DNA of 64,000 nucleotides from Vicugna vicugna. Its lineage: Eukaryota. The position numbers and the translations under genes are program-made. The notes below the pieces were generated by a model that saw only the letters and a program-made list of their open reading frames with translations, did no database searches and was not told the origin of the DNA. How positions within the stretch are numbered: the stretch's first letter is position 1; each line of letters begins with the position of its first letter. Below are positions 1 to 12,135 of the stretch, one piece after another. The stretch covers positions 9,382,184 through 9,446,183 of the forward strand of contig MU058844.1 of NCBI GenBank assembly GCA_013265495.1, given 5' to 3'.

Positions 1-1684
1 TTGCCCACATAGTAATTACAATAAAGGCAAAGAGGATAAGGCAAATAAAAGAATTGTTTTAAAATAAATAACAAGTGGAAAGACACTTTAAAACTTCAGT
101 TCATTCTGACAGCCAAATATAAGGCATGGGATTCATTCACTAGCCTTATTTTTATTTCTTAAAAAAATCCTAAAGTTTATTTTTAGTCAGTATTAATAAA
201 AATACAGTTGCTTTTTTTGAGGAAAAAATGGAAAGAAACAACCTAGGCAAATATTTCCAATCATTTTTTTCAAGTTCTTGAGTTTTTTGTTTTTGTTTTT
301 GTCTTTTTTTTTGTTTTCTGGAGGGTTTTTTGGTTTCATTCTTCTCTGTAGAGCAATTTACAGTTGAGGAGGGAATCTCATCAATACAGTTGTGTTGGAA
401 AAATCACAGAATGGCTAATATTTTAATCAGATCATGAACATCCTTGAGAAATCATTATAATTCTTCCTTACATATAATTCCTAAGAAAACTTTTCTCTTT
501 CTGTTTTGCATTCCTAAGCCAAAGCCACTGTTTTTCACTCAACTGTTTGTTATAATACTTTAAATATATAAGAAGTGATCTCATTATCAGAGAACAAAAG
601 GTGAAAAAGAAAAGAAATATCTTCTATAATAAAATTTTTCACAAACTGTAGTTGATTACCTAACATTACTTTGGGTTGCCAATTTGTGTGGGGGGGGTAG
701 TAAGATACAAAATTAAACTAGAAAATGAAACAAGTCCAGTTAACCAAAAGAGCTGCTCTTACGTAACAAGGGAGTGGGCAATCATTTTGGAGTTTTAAAG
801 AAAACACAAGTATTTCAACTGAAGTACTGTTTTAAAATTAAAGAAAATTTGGAGACGAAATGACTTACATTAGGTAGATCATATAAACAGGTATCTCATT
901 TATTTATGGGAAGCACTGTGGATAAGAAAATTTTAAAGTATGGAATATGGGTTGAGTATTTGGACACTTTTTCCAACCATCATTCTGAATGATGAGATGC
1001 TTAGATGACCCTTGTGATACCTTTATGTTCTACCTGTTGATAGAGATCCCTACCTGTTTTTAGAATTGAACACCTAACTATTTAGAGATCCAAAGTGTTT
1101 AGAATTTCCAGTAAAGATATTTTGTGTATAAAAAGGATTTCAATGGACTTCTCTGTCAGTTGCTTGCACTTGCTTTTTTTGCTTAACCCAGATACTCTTG
1201 TACCTTGTGTGTATATAAAGTTTGTCTCTTTATATTTATATACTTATAACTCTATGTGGGATAAAGTTTATTTTTCTGTAACATTATATTGCCTCTTCCC
1301 ATTGAAACCTTTGTCAGCCTAGTATAAACCGACACATCAGTTTTGAAAGAGTAAGGGAAGTGTTATTAGTGTTTTTATTTTTTGTCTTTTTTTTTTTTTT
1401 GGTAATTTCGTTTTATAACTATGAACTTCGAGTAATATTGCTGGGCTCAGCCAGACTATTCCAGCTACTGGCATCTCCTCCTTTCCTCTCTGCTGTGACA
1501 ACATCATAACAAAGTGCAAAGGCTTTTTGATAGATTACACCTGCGATACTGACTGTACGTGTATGTGTGTGGATGTGTGTGTGAAATGACTAATTTCTGC
1601 TTTCGTCCTTTAACATCTGTAAATTTCATTCTTTCTTCACTGCTTCAATGAGCTAATCTAACAGCCTGTTCACCTACCTCCTAT

Positions 1685-1795
1685 CACTCAATTAATCCAC
1701 AAGTATTTACTAAGGCCCTCTCCCCATGTTCAGCAGCATTCTAGGAACACAAAGAATTATTTATAAATTGCTAAGAACCTATCTCTGTTATTAAG
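1685..1795 (-). mobile_element. L2 LINE 3' fragment (left part, interrupted by the young L1; resumes ~3397)
   Basis: 'tcactcaattaatccacaagtatttactaaggccctctccccatgttcagcagcattctagg' resembles the antisense L2 tail (attcattcaacaaatatttattgagcacctactatgtgccaggcactgttctagg). Confidence 0.55.
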
Positions 1796-1796
1796 T

Positions 1797-3396
1797 ATTT
1801 TTAACATTTTTTATTGATTTATAATCATTTTACAATGTTGTGTCAAATTCCAGTGTAGAGCACAATTTTTCAGTTATACATGAACATATATATATTCATT
1901 GTCACTTTTTTTCTCTGTGAGCTGCCATAAGATCTTGCGTATATTTCCCTGTGCTATACAGTATAACCTTGTTTATCTATTCTTAAATTTTGAAATCCCA
2001 TTTATCCCTTCCCACCCTCCACCCCCTTGGCAACCACAAGTTTGTATTCTATGAGTCTATTTCTGTTTTGTATGTATGCTTTGTTTCTTTGTTTGTTTTA
2101 GATTCCACATATGAGCGATCTCATATGGTATTTTTCTTTCTCTTTCTGGCTTACTTCACTTAGAATGATGTTATGTTGTCGGGTCTTATGGCTGAGTAGT
2201 ATCCTTTTGTTNNNNNNNNNNNNNNNNNNNNNNNNNNNNNNNNNNNNNNNNNNNNNNNNNNNNNNNNNNNNNNNNNNNNNNNNNNNNNNNNNNNNNNNNN
2301 NNNNNNNNNNNNNNNNNNNNNNNNNNNNNNNNNNNNNNNNNNNNNNNNNNNNNNNNNNNNNNNNNNNNNNNNNNNNNNNNNNNNNNNNNNNNNNNNNNNN
2401 NNNNNNNNNNNNNNNNNNNNNNNNNNNNNNNNNNNNNNNNNNNNNNNNNNNNNNNNNNNNNNNNNNNNNNNNNNNNNNNNNNNNNNNNNNNNNNNNNNNN
2501 NNNNNNNNNNNNNNNNNNNNNNNNNNNNNNNNNNNNNNNNNNNNNNNNNNNNNNNNNNNNNNNNNNNNNNNNNNNNNNNNNNNNNNNNNNNNNNNNNNNN
2601 NNNNNNNNNNNNNNNNNNNNNNNNNNNNNNNNNNNNNNNNNNNNNNNNNNNNNNNNNNNNNNNNNNNNNNNNNNNNNNNNNNNNNNNNNNNNNNNNNNNN
2701 NNNNNNNNNNNNNNNNNNNNNNNNNNNNNNNNNNNNNNNNNNNNNNNNNNNNNNNNNNNNNNNNNNNNNNNNNNNNNNNNNNNNNNNNNNNNNNNNNNNN
2801 NNNNNNNNTTTTACTTATGGTTTCCTTTGCTGTGCAGAAGCTTGTAAGTTTCATTAGGTCCCATTTGTTTATTCTTGTTTTTATTTCTATTGCTTGAGTA
2901 GACTGTTCTAGGAGAACATTTTTGGGATGTATGTCAGATAATATTTTGCCTATATTTTCTTCTAGGAGGTTTATTGTATCTTGTCTTATATTTAAGTCTT
3001 TGATCCATTTTGAATTGATTTTTGTGTATGGTGTAAGGGAGTGTTCTAGCTTCATTGCTTTACATGCTGCTGTCCAGTTTTCCCAACACCATTTGCTGAA
3101 GAGACTGTCTTTATTCCATTGTATATTCTTGCCTCCTTTGTCGAAGATGAGTTGACCAAAAGTTTGTGGGTTCATTTCTAGGCTCTCTTTTCTGTTCTGT
3201 TGGTCTATATGTCTGTTTTTGTACAAATACCATGCTGTCTTGATGACTGTAGCTCTATAGTATTGTCTGAAGTCTGGGTGATTTATTCCTCCAGCCTCTT
3301 TATTTCTCTTCAGTAGTGCTTTGGCAATTCTAGATCTTTGATGGTTCTGTATACATTTTATTATGATTTGTTCTAGTTCTGTGAAATATGTCCTGG
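1797..3396 (-). mobile_element. Young 5'-truncated LINE-1 (3' UTR plus ORF2 C-terminal part), camelid-type, spanning an assembly gap
   Basis: Minus-strand ORF 2186-3226 reads [77 protein letters not shown], a typical L1 ORF2p C-terminal region, open across the sequenced part. 1797-2211 is an L1 3' UTR beginning with a T-rich tail. The camelid assignment is from recall. Confidence 0.95.
2212..2808. other. Assembly gap (run of ~600 N) inside the L1
   Basis: Ns seen directly. Confidence 0.99.
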
Positions 3397-3519
3397 TAGC
3401 TCAGTCTCACCAGGAGGAAAACAAGTCATCAAGTGCCATATAGTTTGTTAGGCCTTTTAGAGGTAGATGAGAAAGCAAATGTGAAGGACCAAAATATGGA
3501 ATGGAAAACTCCAGGCTTA

Positions 3520-3660
3520 AGGCACAAGTAACCATTCTAAAACATAAATTAGTTGTATCACTGTCTTGCCTAAAACCTGTCGATGGCTTCCCACTGCCTA
3601 TAGTGGAAAATCCAATGCCCAAAGCCCTTAGCATAGACCTGTTATTTTCACTTGGGATCT
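3520..3660 (+). mobile_element. L2 fragment
   Basis: 'tgtatcactgtcttgcctaaaacctgtcgatggcttcccactgcctatagtggaaaatccaa' matches the L2 body motif (catgtcactcccctgcttaaaacccttcaatggcttcccattgc..aaaatccaaa). Confidence 0.65.
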
Positions 3661-3696
3661 ATTCTGCTCCCCTAGGGGGCATTTATAAATAAGTAG

Positions 3697-3995
3697 TGTA
3701 TTGTTATCTATTGCTGTCTAATAAATTATTCCCTAATTTAGGAGCTTAAAACAACAGATGTTTATTATCTCATATGAGCTGCTGTTGATCAGGAATCAGG
3801 ATGAGTTAGTTAGCTGGGTGCTTCTGCCTCTAATGAAGTAGTCAATACTATGGTCACCTCAATGGGCAGGAGAATCTGGTTCACATTTACTCACATGGCC
3901 GTTGGCAGGAGGCTTCAGTTCATGGGGCTGTTCAGAGGTCATGGCAGCTGGCTATCCCCAGAGAAAGATAAGAGAGTGAGTAATTGATTGAGTGG

Positions 3996-4030
<35 letters not shown>

Positions 4031-4252
4031 CGTGCGTGCATGTGGAGGAGAGAGAGAGAGAGAAAGAGAGACCAAACAAACTCCACAATCTTCCATAATA
4101 CAATCTCATCTCAGAAGGGCAAATTTATCACTTCTGTTTTACGCTATTGGTCACACAGACGAATTCTGGTACAATGTGGGTGGAGACTATACAAGGTTGT
4201 GAATAGGAAGGGTCTGGGTGATTGGGGACCATTTTGGAGGCTGGCTGCCAAA
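3697..4252 (-). mobile_element. MLT1 (MaLR) solo LTR with internal (TG)n/(AG)n microsatellite
   Basis: Starts 'tgtattgttatctattgctg..cttaaaacaaca..tttattatctca' and ends 'ggggaccattttggaggctggctgcca'. Flanks agtag (3692-3696) and agtaa (4253-4257) form a near-perfect 5-bp TSD. Confidence 0.85.
3997..4070. repeat. Compound (TG)n + (AG)n microsatellite
   Basis: Seen directly. Confidence 0.95.
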
Positions 4253-4429
4253 AGTAAGGATACTTTTGGTTTGTCATAATGGCTGGAGATTGCTATTAAC
4301 ATGGGCAAAGACCAAGAATATTAAAAATCTTGTATAAGAAAGAATCACAGCCCCTCACAAAACTGCCAACAGTATTGCAAAATAGCTCTGCTATGTTTTG
4401 GGTACACTACCCTTTTCCTACATGCACAC

Positions 4430-4822
4430 ACCCAACTCTTTCTGTATTTGGCTTCTTGCAATTCCCTGTAAAATCCTATTCCTTTGAGTTGCACAAATCT
4501 TCCTTCTGGCTGCAGTGCCTTCTTCACCTTGGCAACCTCTCCAACTCTCTCTTTAGGATTTAGTACAAATCCCTTCATCTCCTGGATGCATTCCGCTATC
4601 ACATTAAGTAGATGTGCTCTTGCTTTTTTTTTTTTCCTATTCTTATATTTGTTATAGCACTTATCACACTGCTGTAATTACTTTTACCAACCCTTCTCCC
4701 CCAAAAAACTGTGGACCCTGCAGGAATATGTTTTATAATCTTAGTTTAGTCTCAGTGTCCCCATACCTTACTCAGTCCCTGCACATAGCAAACACTTCTT
4801 AATGCAAGATAGTGAATAAATG
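4430..4822 (+). mobile_element. L2 3' fragment
   Basis: Contains 'ttatagcacttatcacactgctgtaattac' and the terminal 'cagtccctgcacatagcaaacacttcttaatg..gtgaataaatga'. Confidence 0.7.
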
Positions 4823-5799
4823 ACCAAATTAGTGGTATGTTGTCTGTGTTTGTGTACATGTGTATACAAAGGTGCTGCCACTTAAGAGAAAATTGTAGAA
4901 TGTAAAAGCTTGAGAACAACTGACTTGCTCCATTTTAATCCAGACTCTGCTTTGTTCCATTTGTTTCCTATTAAATTGCAAATTTACATTTACTTCTCAT
5001 AATCTATTTTTAAATAAGTGTTTTATATCTTTGCCAAAAGGATAACCAAAAGTTATATTTTCATAGATTGTGTCTATCAATTTTAGGGGGCTCTACCTGA
5101 TTAAATGCACTTATTTTTCTGAAAATGTTCATGTTAAAGAATTTAAATATAAATTAAGAAAGAATAATCCTGTCTCAGTGCATTTAATGATGTTTGACTG
5201 TTGAACTCAAAGAGTTAACATAAATTGTAAATGTGCTATATTATAGCCATTAGAATTTATTAAAGTGAATCTGCAGTAATAGGATAAAAGGTTGATTTCC
5301 TAAAAGAGTTATTACAAGCACCAAATGGACCAAGTTATGGGAACGTGCAATCTGAAGCTGTGAAGACTGAAGTATATTCTTCTAAAGGAGCTAATGCAAT
5401 ATCCAACCACATTAACCTAAGGAGTAGCTTATTAACTGAAGCACCTATGCTACTTAGGAATAATTTAGTGGCCTTCTAGGGCTTGGAGTGTTGCTTCTGG
5501 TGTTAGATTCCAGGCTTGTCCATTTTTGTGACAGATTCAACCTGCCAGTCATGGTCATGCCCTGACGACCTTCTGCTAAACCTTCCAGATATTGAATGAC
5601 TTCCTGGACCTTCACCTCTCCAGAACTCCTCTGATACTCTGCTTGGAGGTATGAATAGTTTCGTGTCTGCTCATGTATTTAGGTAGTCCTTTTAGCAAAA
5701 AGACTTTATGTCTGACATATAGTTGAATATGTGCATTCTACTCCTAGCTGGTCTGCAGCCCAGAAGAGGCCACTCCACATTAAGCTGCCCCAATAAAAT

Positions 5800-6350
5800 G
5801 CCTTTTACTGAAAAAAATTATCAACTATATGTCAGACATATATGAAAATAGAGGCCAGGAAGACAGACACTTTTTGTCAGATCTCATGAGATTTACTTTC
5901 TGATTGTCAGATATAGAAAATAATAACCTAACACACTATAACACAACAAATAATATTTCAGATAAGGATATGGGCTATGATAAAAAATAAAAGAAAGTAA
6001 AGGGCAAGTGAATGAATTCCTTCAGGAGGTGGTATTTAAACCAAGACCTGAATTATAGGAGGGTGTTACCAATGTGAATATTTGTGGAAGAGAACTTCAG
6101 ATAGAGGGACAGAAGGAACATGTGCAAGGTCTCTGTGGTTGGAACAAGCTTGGTGTATACAGGAGTTAGAAAGTTAATAAGTGATACTGGAGCATGTTAA
6201 AAGGTTGAGAGATGCCGTGTAAGAGATTGGAGGAGCTAGATCATGAAGGATCTTGTAGACTATGGAAAGACATTTAGATGTTACTCTAAATGCAGTTTAG
6301 AGCTCCTGGATAGATTTCAAAAACAGAAGTTTATCTGATTTATGCTTATA
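5800..6350 (-). mobile_element. L2 fragment
   Basis: Antisense L2 motifs 'ggaggtggtatttaaaccaagacctgaa', 'atgtgcaaggtctctgtggttggaacaagcttgg' and 'gatcatgaaggatcttgtagactatggaaagacatttagatgttactctaa'. Confidence 0.75.
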
Positions 6351-7511
6351 AAATTTGGAGGATTTGAGCCTCCTGTTCTGGTCCTTACCATAACCATCAG
6401 CTCCTGAATCTGACATATGTAACAAAAGGCTTTCAAAGAGGTGACTGGGGGTTTGCTAAGGGTACACTGTCTCTTTTATTTACAATGTTTACATTTCACG
6501 GAACTTCAGTAGTGAGTTACACCTTGACTCAAGTTCAGGAAGCCCTTTCTCCTAGACATTATATTCAGTATTACCTGTTGTATAGACAGGCAGTTAATTC
6601 ATCAATCACTCTCGGCCTTTGCTAATTCCCTCGTCAGGTCCATACTAGAGAGCTATAAGGAAATTTCACCCTCTCTCCTCGAAAATACGAACAAAACTCC
6701 AAAACTTCAACATCTTAAACACTTTTCTGGGCTTCATAAGGTTCAAGAAAAGTTAAGTGGATTATGTTCCCCCCCAAAACAATACAATTTTAACACTGCC
6801 AAATAATGCCACATACCCCTTATTCATTTATTGTCATAATTGATAACCATCTTCCAAACTGGAGTACTCTGAATGGCTGTTCCAGATTCAGGGCATCTAG
6901 TCTGCTTAAGAAAGTTCTTAACCTACTAACCTTAGATAAAAGATCAGTCATTTTTAAGATATTCCTCACTCCTTTCCTCAAAAAATGTCCTCTGAGATAT
7001 TATCAAGACCATGCTTTTCCCATGTAAGTTCTCTGTGATGGGTAAACATGAAAAATAAACAAGAATCACCTTGTATAAACCAGTACAGTGGAGGCAGAAC
7101 TCAGTGAAGTCTGCAGTCTTTGAGTAACACTGTTTTGAATGACACTTAGACCACAATCAATATTTGAATTAAAAATTTAGCTTAAAAAACATACAATTTC
7201 CTTAAACATGGATATTTATTCTTCTTGGATTAGATAAGCAATAACAGAAAAATGCCTAACTTTTGCCCTCTATACGTCTTTGTTTCTTACCACATGTGCA
7301 GTGCTCATCGATTTTGACAATGCTGCATGTAACAGCACTCTATAAGACTGTAGAAAGACAAGAAATTTGAATCTCAATGTTGTAAATGCATTTGTGGTAA
7401 TTAAAAAGACCAAACAGTTATAATTAGTTGTAATTAAGTTATGTAACAAAATTCTTAAATGTTTATGAAAGCCAAAATAATTAGTAGAGCAAAGCAAAGA
7501 CTTTACTTACT

Positions 7512-7557
7512 TTTAATTTAGTTTTACTTATTGTACAATAAGTAAAACTAAATTAAA
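7512..7557. repeat. 46-bp spacerless AT-rich palindrome
   Basis: Arms read as TTTAATTTAGTTTTACTTATTGT and ACAATAAGTAAAACTAAATTAAA, centred on TGT|ACA at 7534/7535. Confidence 0.9.
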
Positions 7558-8344
7558 TCTATCCTAGGGATTTAGTTATGTTATGTATAACTGAATGGTA
7601 ATCAGATTTTTTGTGATTGTTATGGTAACACCAAAGTTGACTTGTTTCTTCACAAATATCATTAGAAAATAACATTTAAGTGACTTTTTGTAATGTATAT
7701 TTAAATTAATTCAAAATACAGAATCCTGTGACTGTTTAACTGAACTGCTACAATTTTACTTTTGGTAATTTGATCAAGATTTTATGCAAGATCTCCATGT
7801 AAGAGACTTAGGATTTGTAGGCATTATTCTTCATCTCTCAAAAATACATTTAATCAGCTTAGGTTAGAAAAATAAAGTCAGTAAGCATTCCAAGGAAATA
7901 ACACAACCCACGTCAGATTTCTCTTTGGAGATGAGACATAGGTTAAAAACCATTTAAGAATAACAATACCATTGTCATGCATTTAAAACAGATTTAATTA
8001 AAAACAAAAGAGCATAACTTTTGAACTCTAAGTTTATGTGTAACCTCCCCCATATTAAAAAGAAGAAAGAAGGGACCTTTTATCCATTCTGTAGAGGCAG
8101 ATTAACAAAATTCAAGGTCCACACTTTGAAAATACAATTGATCAAAACACATGAGGAAACAATGATAATGAGCATGTGTAGCTAACATTTATCGAAAAGG
8201 AGAAATGGAGAAAGAAACTTAACATTTAATAACTATGATTTTTTTCCACTTTCTACAATAGCCTTTGATATAGGACAAACAATTTGTAAATTCCAGGCCC
8301 ACAAAAACAAAGGAGTAAATATAATAGGGAAAACTGGGGAGAAA

Positions 8345-8570
8345 TTGTTATAGTAGGGAGTTTAGGAGTTCAGGCTCCTGAGTCAGATAGTCCTTGATTT
8401 TAGTCCTTGCTCTGTCTCTTATTAGCTGTGTAATTTGAGGCTAGTCTCTTATTCTGAAACTCAGTTTCCTCCTGTGTAAAATGGAAATAACACTGGGGAG
8501 TTGAAGTGAGACAATGTGTATAAAGCACTTAGTACAGTGTTTAATTTACAGTAGGTACTAAACATGGTTG
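8345..8570 (+). mobile_element. MIR SINE
   Basis: 'caggctcctgagtcaga..ttattagctgtgtaatttgagg..ctcagtttcctcctgtgtaaaatggaaataa..gtataaagcacttagtacagtg'. Confidence 0.85.
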
Positions 8571-8574
8571 TTTC

Positions 8575-8790
8575 CATTTATTCATGTATTTATTAGGCAT
8601 CATGGATAAGTCAGACATTCTGCTGGCTAACTGGAATATAAGCAAGAACAAGATTCTTGATGTCATGGAACTTACAGTTTAGTAAGAAGGAATGTGGAGA
8701 ATGTGCAGTCCAAAAGATACGGCAGTGATAACAGTAGTGATAATAGAAGCATGACTATACACTGAGAAAGTGTGTACATTTCTAAGAGGC
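8575..8790 (-). mobile_element. L2 3' fragment
   Basis: 'catttattcatgtatttattaggcatc..gtcatggaacttacagtttagt'. Confidence 0.6.
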
Positions 8791-8864
8791 CTTTATGCCA
8801 AATTATGACCCAAGAAATGGACCATGTAGGTCAGAGACAGAAGAGAAATTGGGAACATACTTTG

Positions 8865-9312
8865 ATTTGCCTGTGGCATTCCAAATAAACTCCAAATTCC
8901 TGGATCTAAATTACAAGGCCCTCCATGATCTATCCTCTCTTTATTTCCCCTTCCTCGTCTCTTACCACATTCCCAGGTTGCTCCCTGGAGTTTCAGTTTC
9001 TTTATGTCTGGTTCTCACCCTCCTCTGCTAATACACATCGCTTCATTTTGCTGGACCGTCCTTTTCTTTTTCACTTGGATAATTCCCTCTCAGCCTTCAG
9101 ATCTCTCCTTGTACATTGCTTCTTCTTGAAAGCCTTTTCGAAGTACAGTAAGAGCCTCTGCTTATGTTCTTCAACTTTATAGCAGTTACCACACTTTACT
9201 TTCTACACAGAGAAACTCTAGCTTGTGAAGGTAAGGATCTGGCTTACCTTCATATCCATGATATCTAGCATAGTACTGTTCTCTAGTAGTCACTTAATAA
9301 ATGTTTGTTGGA
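8865..9312 (+). mobile_element. L2 3' fragment
   Basis: 'aataaactccaaattcctg..tacaaggccctccatgatct' through 'tagcatagtactg..tagtagtcacttaataaatgtttgttg'. Confidence 0.8.
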
Positions 9313-9469
9313 GACTGTATCTTTTTTGCCAGTTGACCTAAAGAGTGATGGGTGAATAAGGCAAAAGCACACACACACAGAACAAAAGTCAAAACTCCAG
9401 CCCAACTGTCAAGAGCACCGATTAAAGAAAGAAGGAAGAGCAAGACACTGGTTGGTGCTTTGCCCATAG

Positions 9470-9640
9470 TGCTTACAAATTGTTTATGGCTCATTATTAT
9501 CTTATCTAACTCTCATAAAATCTTGCCCAATTGATATAATTATCCCTGTTTTATAGGCAAGGAATTTAAGCCTCAGAAATATTAATGTCTTGCTGAAGAC
9601 TAAACAGATAGTATGTAGAAGAGCTTGGATTAGAATCAAA
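9470..9640 (-). mobile_element. MIR SINE
   Basis: Antisense MIR core 'attatccctgttttataggcaaggaatttaagcctcagaaa..gagcttggattagaatc'. Confidence 0.7.
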
Positions 9641-10759
9641 TTAGAAATTGTAAGATTTTGAATTGGAGAGTAAAGTGCAAGTACAAAAATATTTTAAAGG
9701 ATTATAGAAAAAGATAAGTTACTGGGTAGACTCACTTGCATTGATATTTACCTTTGATGTCAGTGTAAGATGTTCCAAAGATGTCCATGTTTTATGGACA
9801 TGATATAATAATTGTACTCTTTAATGCTTGAATATATGTGTGTAAAATTGTGGCCTGTTATTTAAATCTTGGGTAAAGCATACATTTTTCTGCTTGGGTC
9901 ATGTGGTTGTGATTTATTTCACTATGGGAAAGCTGAGAGCTAGAAATTCAGCTCCAGATATCCTGCATCTCCTAATAAATAAATAGCATTTTTGACCAGA
10001 AGCATTTGCCCAGTTTTTCTCGGAGCAAACATATCGTTAACAGTGGAAATTTTTAAAAATCGAAATCTCAATATCTTTAATGCACATCAGTTAAAATAAA
10101 TTGTAAGTGACATCCCCCAAGCTTGAGTAATTAGAGTATTGAAAGAATAAGAAACTTAAGAAAATAAGTTCTCAATATGAGTATTTTGAAAATACAAAGA
10201 AATGGACTAGGATTTAATACCTAGTAAATGATAGAAGTTTGAAGAATATTTACAACTCAAATACCTACAAAGACACTAAGATACAACATTAGCAAGGTTT
10301 GGGTGATGTCCCTTTCCTGTTAGATCTTGTCATAAGATTTATATCTTATCAGCCATATATGTAGCAATTTATTTGCAAGATCTCCTATGAGATTTTAGTT
10401 TTATGATATTTTTATTATTAAACTTGACATTTTGATGCTTGTTTACTTGACTGTTATACAGAAAATTGTACTTAATCTTTGTGGATTTTTTAAGGAAGCT
10501 AGATTTTAAATTATTCATATTTAACATGCTAGAATAACTCAATTGATCTTGTTATAACTGATGCAATTTCTTTACCGTAGAAATAAGTCAATATGTATAC
10601 AAGATTGTTCAGTTTCGTGGAGTTAGAGATCAATGAATTAACATCATTTATAATTAAATGAAAATAGTGTATGAAGGTAACAGAAACATTTATAAAAAAA
10701 AAATGTCATTACCATATCAGCAAGAATCTATGACTTTAAACCAAGTCTCCTGAATTCCT

Positions 10760-11194
10760 ATAGAGGATTAGGAGAGCCCAGCCAGTTGGGACCAATACCT
10801 ATGTTCTCTTCTTTTTTGGTGTACTGCTAGACTGCATTTCTAGGCTCTCATGAGGTGGGGCCAAGTTCTGGCCAGTTAATGTGGTCTTTTTTTTTTTTTT
10901 TTTAATGTGGTTTGGAATGAATGAGCTGGGCCCCAAACCCTTGGAAAAGATCTCCAGGTACTTTTTCCCACCCCTCTGCCATCTGGCTGCAGGAAATCCT
11001 GTGGAAGACTCCAAGACCTTAGGAAATGGTGGAGCTACCTGACAGGAGTCTATGTCCCTGATAAACTATAAAGAACAGAGTCTGCCACTTCCTAGGTTAG
11101 ATGCGAGGAGAGTAAAAAATAAACCTCTATTGTGTTAAGCAACTGAGATTTAGAGATAGTTTGTTATAATAGGTAGTCTAACCTGAATAATACA
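10760..11194 (+). mobile_element. MLT1 (MaLR, J/K-like) LTR
   Basis: Contains 'ctagactgcatttctaggctctc..aagttctggccagt' and the 3' end 'aataaacctctattgtgttaagcaactgagattt..tttgtta..cctgaataataca'. Confidence 0.8.
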
Positions 11195-11944
11195 GAGGGC
11201 ATGAGGAAAACCCCAAACTTGTCTCATGCTTTCCTCTGAACATCCTCAACCTTGCTGCATATTATCATTAACCGTGTGCAAATTGGTCTAAATAAAGGTG
11301 GCTTTGATCTAGATACTGCTGTAAAATCTGTTCATCAATTGTTTTCAGCATTTCTACAACCAGAAATGTGGGTCTAAATTAAAAGTATACAATACTTACC
11401 AAAGAGCTGAAGTATTCTCCCTTTGTCCCACAAAACACTGAAATGCTTTTGTTAATGATTATTGATGTTTTCTTCTCCTACAAAGTCCATATTTTCTGCT
11501 AAGATTCTTCTATTAGGTAATTTTCTATCAGTAGAAAAAGAACAATTTAGAATTCTAGGGAGTCTGATTTATGTTTTAATGATTTAATGAAAATCGATTA
11601 TTGGCAGTTAAAACCCATTTTATCAAATCAATCATGAAGTGCTTATTTCAATTTTCATTAATCCTCATCTGATTTCAACTTATAAAATGAATATATTTCC
11701 TCTTTAAAAGACAAAAATTCTATGCTAGCTACCAGACTGATTAATTTTTTAGCAATATAAAGTTTCTCATTCTTTAAATGCACTAAAAAAGTTTGATTGT
11801 GGTGGCTAACAAAAGTAGTACAATTATTTCTGAAGTAGTGTACATTATTTTTAATTATACCCAGAACCCAAACATCAGAATAATGAGTCTACATTATTCT
11901 GAAATAGCATTTTTGGTTTACTGATGTTACGAGTGACTGAAATA

Positions 11945-12135
11945 CTTATCTTAATTAATCCAACCTAAGAGGAAGTGAGCATTTTATATTGCATTTTATT
12001 TGTCATTTTATAGATGAAATAATTGAGATTCAGAGAAGAAAGGTAACTTCCCCAAAGATCCACAGCTAGTAAGTGGGAGAGCTGCAATTTGACCCAGATG
12101 AGACTGGCTTTTATGGCCCGAGCTCTTAATGACTT
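11945..12135 (-). mobile_element. MIR SINE
   Basis: 'cattttatagatgaaataattgagattcagaga..taacttcccaaagatccacagctagtaagtgg..gagctgcaatttgaccca'. Confidence 0.85.

Noticed and set aside
2111..2857. 248-aa plus-strand ORF
   Set aside because: Almost all X from the N gap; the remainder is antisense L1.
5470..5700. Minus-strand frame YLQAEYQRSSGEVKVQEVIQYLEGLAEG.. looking protein-like or CR1-like
   Set aside because: No family I can identify and no splice or start context. It would need TBLASTN or Dfam.
11400..11477. Minus-strand 78-nt AG..GTAAGT frame (EKKTSIIINKSISVFCGTKGEYFSSL)
   Set aside because: Good donor but a poor polypyrimidine tract, and the peptide is unrecognised.
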